Source: Eledone cirrhosa (Eukaryota). Taken from it: DNA of 64,000 nt. The notes below the pieces were generated by a model. The model saw nothing but the letters and a program-made list of their open reading frames with translations. It searched no databases and had not been told where the DNA came from. Where the stretch lies: assembly GCA_964016885.1 (NCBI GenBank), contig OZ024762.1, positions 24,366,001 to 24,430,000 of the forward strand. Direction: 5' to 3'. A program made the translations under genes and the position numbers. Shown here piece after piece: positions 57,941 through 64,000 of the stretch (positions within the stretch are counted from its first letter, which is position 1; the number at the start of each line of letters is the position of its first letter).

Positions 57941-58069
57941 TTGAATTAGTATGGTATAGACAAGTACATGTGTTGTTGAGGTGTATAATATTGTCAATAC
58001 TCTGATATGCCCAGTTCCTGGTTGGGTTGTTATTTCACTGAGGAACTGGAATCATACATAAACTCAAAA

Positions 58070-58100
<31 letters not shown>

Positions 58101-58155
58101 CTGACAATTTATCTATCTATATCTATCTAATAAATCTATCTCTCTATCTATCTAC

Positions 58156-58439
58156 TGAAAGGTGGGTGAGTGTGGCAAAAAATGGCCCGAATGACTGGGC
58201 CTTCTTTGTGTAAAAACCTGTAGCTTGAAGAAGAGAGCAAAAGGAAGAAGGGAGCAGTTGCACAACACGCTCCTGAAGTTGAGGGTTGTTCTACAGACGG
58301 GGTATTAAACAACCCATTTGTAACGCCTCCCCCTTATTGGGGATTTCGATTGTTATATTTTCATGTTAAAATCTTTTTATACGACTATGTAAAATCCCCG
58401 CATATGTCTTTGTATTGTGCACCCTTGTGGCAAATAAAT
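58156..58439 (+). mobile_element. Tx1-like LINE 3' fragment (older copy)
   Basis: gaaaggtgggtgagtgtggca encodes ERWVSVA, homologous to ERWVKVA of the downstream copy; same 3' terminus. Confidence 0.7.
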
Positions 58440-58485
58440 CTATTTATCTATCTATCTATCTTGTGCCCTTGTGGCAAATACAGAA

Positions 58486-58523
<38 letters not shown>

Positions 58524-59640
58524 TAAGGCTACGGCACCTCTACGTATTCCTCACCGGACAACCGGTGTGGGCCTCGTTTGTGAGACGAACCTTTCCCAGA
58601 CTCGTCTCACTCACCGAGCTGCAATCCTGGGTCAAGCAAAGACCGAGAAAACTGGGCGCCTGGCACACTGAGTGTGCCCAGGCGCTCACCGCCCTCTGGC
58701 AGGCGGATCCGGTTATCAGTGGAGACTCCACCGCAACATTCTATAGAGGGCTAGTACGCAGCAGGTGCGACGACGCCCTCGGAGAAGCCCTAGACATGGA
58801 GGAGGACGAACTGGCCAGCCTGTTCGGTAGGACATTCAGCCCGGGACCTATGGACAACTTCCAGAAGTCCCTGGCCTGGCAGTGCTACCGAGGGGCTTTA
58901 CCCGTTCGAGAAAGGCTCTACAGACACGGGCGCCCGGGTAGGGACCCCGCCAAAAAGATCTGTCCCAGATGCGTGTGCGACGAGGAAACCGTTGCACACG
59001 CATTAGTACACTGCTCGGGCGTAGCCGATCTGTGGGGCTATGTCGAACAACTGCTGTCAAGGGTGGGACCGATCCGGTTGACCACCGAGTCTATTGTAAT
59101 GATCAAGCCGCCTCCCCCCTTCAAAGATGAAGCAGAGGCGGTGTTTCTGTGCGTAATAGCCATGGCGAAAGAGGTTGTATGGTGGACGCGTCTGAAAGGA
59201 CTGAGGTCGGGCACCTTTCTCTCTGGCCAACAACTGGTCCGTTTCTTCCGATATCATTTCGGAAGAAGGATCAGGATGGAGAGAGAGGTGCTGCACCCCA
59301 GCCGTTTCTATGAAAGATGGGTGAAAGTGGCGAGAATGGCCCGTGTGAATGGGCCTTCACTCTACATCAGACTATAGGTGAGGAAGATGAAAGACCAAGG
59401 GAGCACCCCTTCTCTGTGCTCCTGAGGAGAAGGGTTGCACACTTTTTTCGGGGGTGTGTGCGACCCCCCAAGGCGCCTCCTCTCTATTGAGGATTTTGTT
59501 AAAAATTTTATTTTTTGTTATATCTTATTTTATTTTTATATTTTGTTATTGCCTCCTCCTTATTGAGGACGCCTTTTTGTGTAAACTCCCCCCTTTGTAC
59601 TTGTCCCACTTTTGATGCCCTAGTGGCAAATAAAAGAAAT
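58524..59640 (+). mobile_element. 5'-truncated Tx1/L1-clade LINE; ORF2 C-terminus with zf-RVT (open to 59377) and 3' UTR
   Basis: LAWQCYRGALPVRERL...CPRCVCDEETVAHALVHC is the CCHC zinc finger of L1/Tx1 ORF2; GC-rich; (TATC)n flanks. Confidence 0.88.
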
Positions 59641-59773
59641 ATATCTATCTATCTATCTATCTATCTTGTGCCCTTGTGGCAAATACAGAAGTCTATCTAT
59701 CTATCTATCTTGTGCCCCCGGCATGTCTTTGTATTGTCCCCTTTCTTGTTGCGCCCTTGTGGCTAATAAAGAA

Positions 59774-59810
<37 letters not shown>

Positions 59811-60688
59811 GTGCCCTTGTGGCAAATAAAGAAATCTATTTGTCTGTCTGTCTATCTATTTACCTATCTATCTGTCCAACTCTCTATTTATCTGTCTAGC
59901 TAACTCAAAGCATATATAAAATGAGTATATATACACATACACATGTACATATATATATAGATATACAGACACACACATACCTATATATATATATATACAT
60001 ACATAGACATATTGTTGTGTCATATTTAATAAATAATATCAAAAATGTCACAAGAGAAATACCATTTGATACAAACATGTGTACATGTGTGTGTTTACAC
60101 ACACATACATACACATACATATACACATGCATACACATATGTACACATACACACTCATACACATGCACACACATACATACATGCTGGATCTTCCATTGTT
60201 CAAACATGGGAGCTGCCTACACATGAACTTAGCTTGCAAGTGGCTGAGTATTCCACAGTCTTGTGTACCATCAATTTGCCCTTTGAATTATGTGTACAAC
60301 TTGTTTTTGATGTCAAAGTTCTTTTCTATTTCTTCTTCACCCACTTATCCCTGGGAGGGTCTTGATGGCTGAGTCCTCAACTATGCCTTCCAGTGGGTCC
60401 TGTCAGAACCCCCCAAGTTTGACCAGCCAAGCTCAATGTCTCCGGAACGAACTGCCGGATAGATTTTACAGGCAAAAACCAACCAGCAGGAGAACCATGG
60501 AGTAGACGCTGCACAAGATATCTGGATAAGATCCATGTGCTTGGCTGGTCTTGCTTGAGGATCCAGCTTGATCAATTGGAAATGGTTGCCTCTGACATGA
60601 CCCACTGGAAGGAGTACTTCATGGCTCTGCCCCACGTTCCTTCAAGGAATAAGTGAGTGAAGAAGATGAAGATATCAAAGGGGATAGC

Positions 60689-62240
60689 TTAACCCTTTAG
60701 TATTTACATTACTCTATATATACTATTATAATTTCATGTTAAAAGCTTTACCTCATATAATATCTCACATAACATTTACATTACTCTATATATACTATTG
60801 TATTTTCACAGTAAAGGCTTTACCTCACATAATATCTCACATAACATCTACATTACTCTATATATACTATTGTATTTTCACAGTAAAGGCTTTACCTCAC
60901 ATAATATCTCACATAACATTTACATTACTCTATATATACTATTGTATTTTCACAGTAAAGGCTTTACCTCACATAATATCTCACATAACATTTACATTAC
61001 TCTATATATACTATTGTATTGTCACAGTAAAGGCTTTACCTCACATAATATCTCACATAACATTTACATTACTCTATATATACTATTGTATTTTCACGGT
61101 AAAGGTTTTACCTCACATAATATCTCACATAACATCTACATTACTCTATATATACTATTGTATTTTCACAGTAAAGGTTTTACCTCACATAATATCTCAC
61201 ATAACATCTACATTACTCTATATATACTATTGTATTGTCACAGTAAAGGTTTTACCTCACATAATATCTCACATAACATCTACATTACTCTATATATACT
61301 ATTGTATTTTCACAGTAAAGGTTTTACCTCACATAATATCTCACATAACATCTACATTACTCTATATATACTATTGTATTTTCACAGTAAAGGCTTTACC
61401 TCACATAATATCTCACATAACATTTACATTACTCTATATATACTATTGTATTTTCACAGTAAAGGCTTTACCTCACATAATATCTCACATAACATCTACA
61501 TTACTCTATATATACTATTGTATTTTCACAGTAAAGGTTTTACCTCACATAATATCTCACATAACATCTACATTACTCTATATATACTATTGTATTTTCA
61601 CAGTAAAGGTTTTACCTCACATAATATCTCACATAACATCTACATTACTCTATATATACTATTGTATTTTCACAGTAAAGGTTTTACCTCACATAATATC
61701 TCACATAACATCTACATTACTCTATATATACTATTGTATTGTCACAGTAAAGGCTTTACCTCACATAATATCTCACATAACATTTACATTACTCTATATA
61801 TACTATTGTATTTTCACAGTAAAGGTTTTACCTCACATAATATCTCACATAACATCTACATTACTCTATATATACTATTGTATTTTCACAGTAAAGGTTT
61901 TACCTCACATAATATCTCACATAACATCTACATTACTCTATATATATTATTGTATTTTCATGGCAAAGGCTTTACCTCACATAATTATCTCATATAATAT
62001 CTCACATAACATTTACATTACTCTATATATACTATTGTATTTTCACAGTAAAGACTTTACCTCACATAATATCTCACATAACATCTACATTACTCTATAT
62101 ATATTATTGTATTTTCACTGTAAAGGCTTTACCTCATATAATATCTCACATAATATTGAATCTATGAGATTTTGATATTATTTATTTTGAGAACAATACC
62201 TTAACATCAGTATGATGAGCAGTTGGCAAATTCTAGTTAT
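60689..62240 (+). mobile_element. piggyBac-like MITE carrying a 72-bp tandem expansion
   Basis: Starts TTAAccctttagtattta; after the array continues gaatctatgagattttgatat...acaataccttaaca as in the 32555 copy. Confidence 0.75.
60702..62152. repeat. 72-bp minisatellite, about 20 copies
   Basis: Unit at(t/c)tacattactctatatatactattgtattttcacagtaaagg(c/t)tttacctcacataatatctcacataac. Confidence 0.97.
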
Positions 62241-62364
62241 TTCCTTTCTGTGTTTGGATCTTACTGGAAGGAATTTCTTTTTTTCATCTTTCTCATGTTT
62301 ACCATCATCATCAGCATCTTCATTGTTTTTACATCTTTCATGGGTTAGCGCGGCATTTTCAGCA

Positions 62365-62605
62365 CAGCATCTCTCCACATGCTGCATTCCTTTGTCATCT
62401 TCTCTGTGCGTTTTGGCAATTTCAGATTTGAAATCAGCCTCCACCACTTCCATTCAGGTCTTCCTTGGTCTTCCTCTACTGTGACTTCCTTCCACTGAGA
62501 TAACTTGGTACTTCTTCGCCCAGTGATCAGCATCCATGTGCATCACATACCAGCGCAAGTCTTCTCTCTTGCACACTACTTCTGCTTCCTCTTATGCCTA
62601 TGTCA
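62365..62605 (-). mobile_element. decayed RTE 3' fragment
   Basis: Reverse complement resembles the QERRLRWY...GRPRKTW..DL region of 22590-22800. Confidence 0.6.
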
Positions 62606-63559
62606 AAAATTAAAACCAGAGATGGACTTATCTTGGAATAGATTTAATTTGTCCCTATATTTTGGATTTCCCATCCATCATCGGGAGTTTCCAAAGGTAA
62701 ATAGATATGTTGAGAAGGGAAACTATGTAGCCGTTTGTTGAGTAATTTATTAGAGATGGAGGTAACTTGGTTACAGGAGCTGGATAAAATGAAGTATCTG
62801 TCTAAAGAGGAGAGGGGGTCACAGCATATTGATGCTAAGTCATTCACAATTGACTGTGAGGGCCAAGTTGCCAGCATATCTGTCAGTGTGTGTATGTATA
62901 TATGTCTGTTTGTGTCTGGGTATGGGTGTCTGTATGCGTGTATGTGTTTGTATGTGTGTGTGTTTGTATATGTGTCTGTATATTTGCATGTCTCTGGGGT
63001 GTCTGTATGTGTGTGACTATGTATGTTTGTGTCTGTGTGTGTATTATAAAACATGTATTTATTGGTGTTATTCATATTCCGAAACACACACACACACACA
63101 CATACATACTTCATACACATTTTTTTCAGAGACATATACACACGCTTATGTACTGAAAGACAAACACACACACATGCCTCATACACATCTCATATACACA
63201 CACATGTATGCATACACATACACACACACACACATATATATATATATACACAATTACTAGCACAGCAGTGTGAGCGCATGCGCGCACACACACAATGTAC
63301 ACATTTGCTCACATACATATATACACTTATATGCATGTACACACATACACACACCACATTTGTATATACAGACACACACATACTGCATATTTGTACGTAC
63401 ACACATACACACACCACATTTGTATGCACACACATACACGTTTGTATACACACTCTCATACACAGACTGCAATGCCACCCCCATCCCTCTCGCATCCCCT
63501 CTTCTATCTCTAGTGTACACGCACACACAAGCACGCACACACACACACGCGCACACAAG

Positions 63560-63594
<35 letters not shown>

Positions 63595-63610
63595 GCGTGT
63601 GCACGCACAC

Positions 63611-63679
<69 letters not shown>

Positions 63680-64000
63680 AATATAGTAGTTGCAGTAAAG
63701 ACTGCACACTGCTGCTGCTGTTGCTGCTGCTGCTCTACTCTTACTACTACTGCCTCTCTACTCTTACTACTACTGCCTCCTTCCATTCTGTTGTATGTGC
63801 AATAGTTCCTCCTCCTACTACTACTACTGCCACCACCACAACTATTACTACTACTACTAATCAGATATCGGTCACAGTCCGGCAGGCTTACAGTCGCAGC
63901 TGAGCCCCGTAGCAGTGGAAACTTTTGAGGCCCTAACCTAACCCCCCCCCCTACACCATTGGCACAGAGTTGACCACCCGTAGGTGTAAGCCTTGTCACC

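Noticed and set aside
58415-58523. N-terminal part of the 320-aa ORF
   Set aside because: Read-through of (TATC)n and 3' stubs; the real coding remnant starts near 58524 and has no start codon.

Overview
Eukaryotic, very AT- and microsatellite-rich non-coding DNA with one 200-N assembly gap. The repeat repertoire looks like a cephalopod, probably Octopus (inference). No intact cellular gene can be supported, and almost all ORFs in the track are simple-repeat artefacts. Recognisable content: tRNA-derived SINEs of three types, 5'-truncated LINE fragments (RTE, Tx1/L1 with zf-RVT, and an R4/Dong-like RLE element), TTAA and TA-type MITEs, and several minisatellites grown out of these elements. 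The main unexplained signal is about 19 type I hammerhead ribozyme (HHR) motifs, intact or decayed, on both strands. They sit in short non-coding elements embedded in (TA)n tracts, often as fold-back palindromes, which resembles non-autonomous Penelope-like (PLE) or retrozyme elements. One group shows compensatory covariation and a conserved C-C mismatch in stem II. All folds were derived by eye and are untested.
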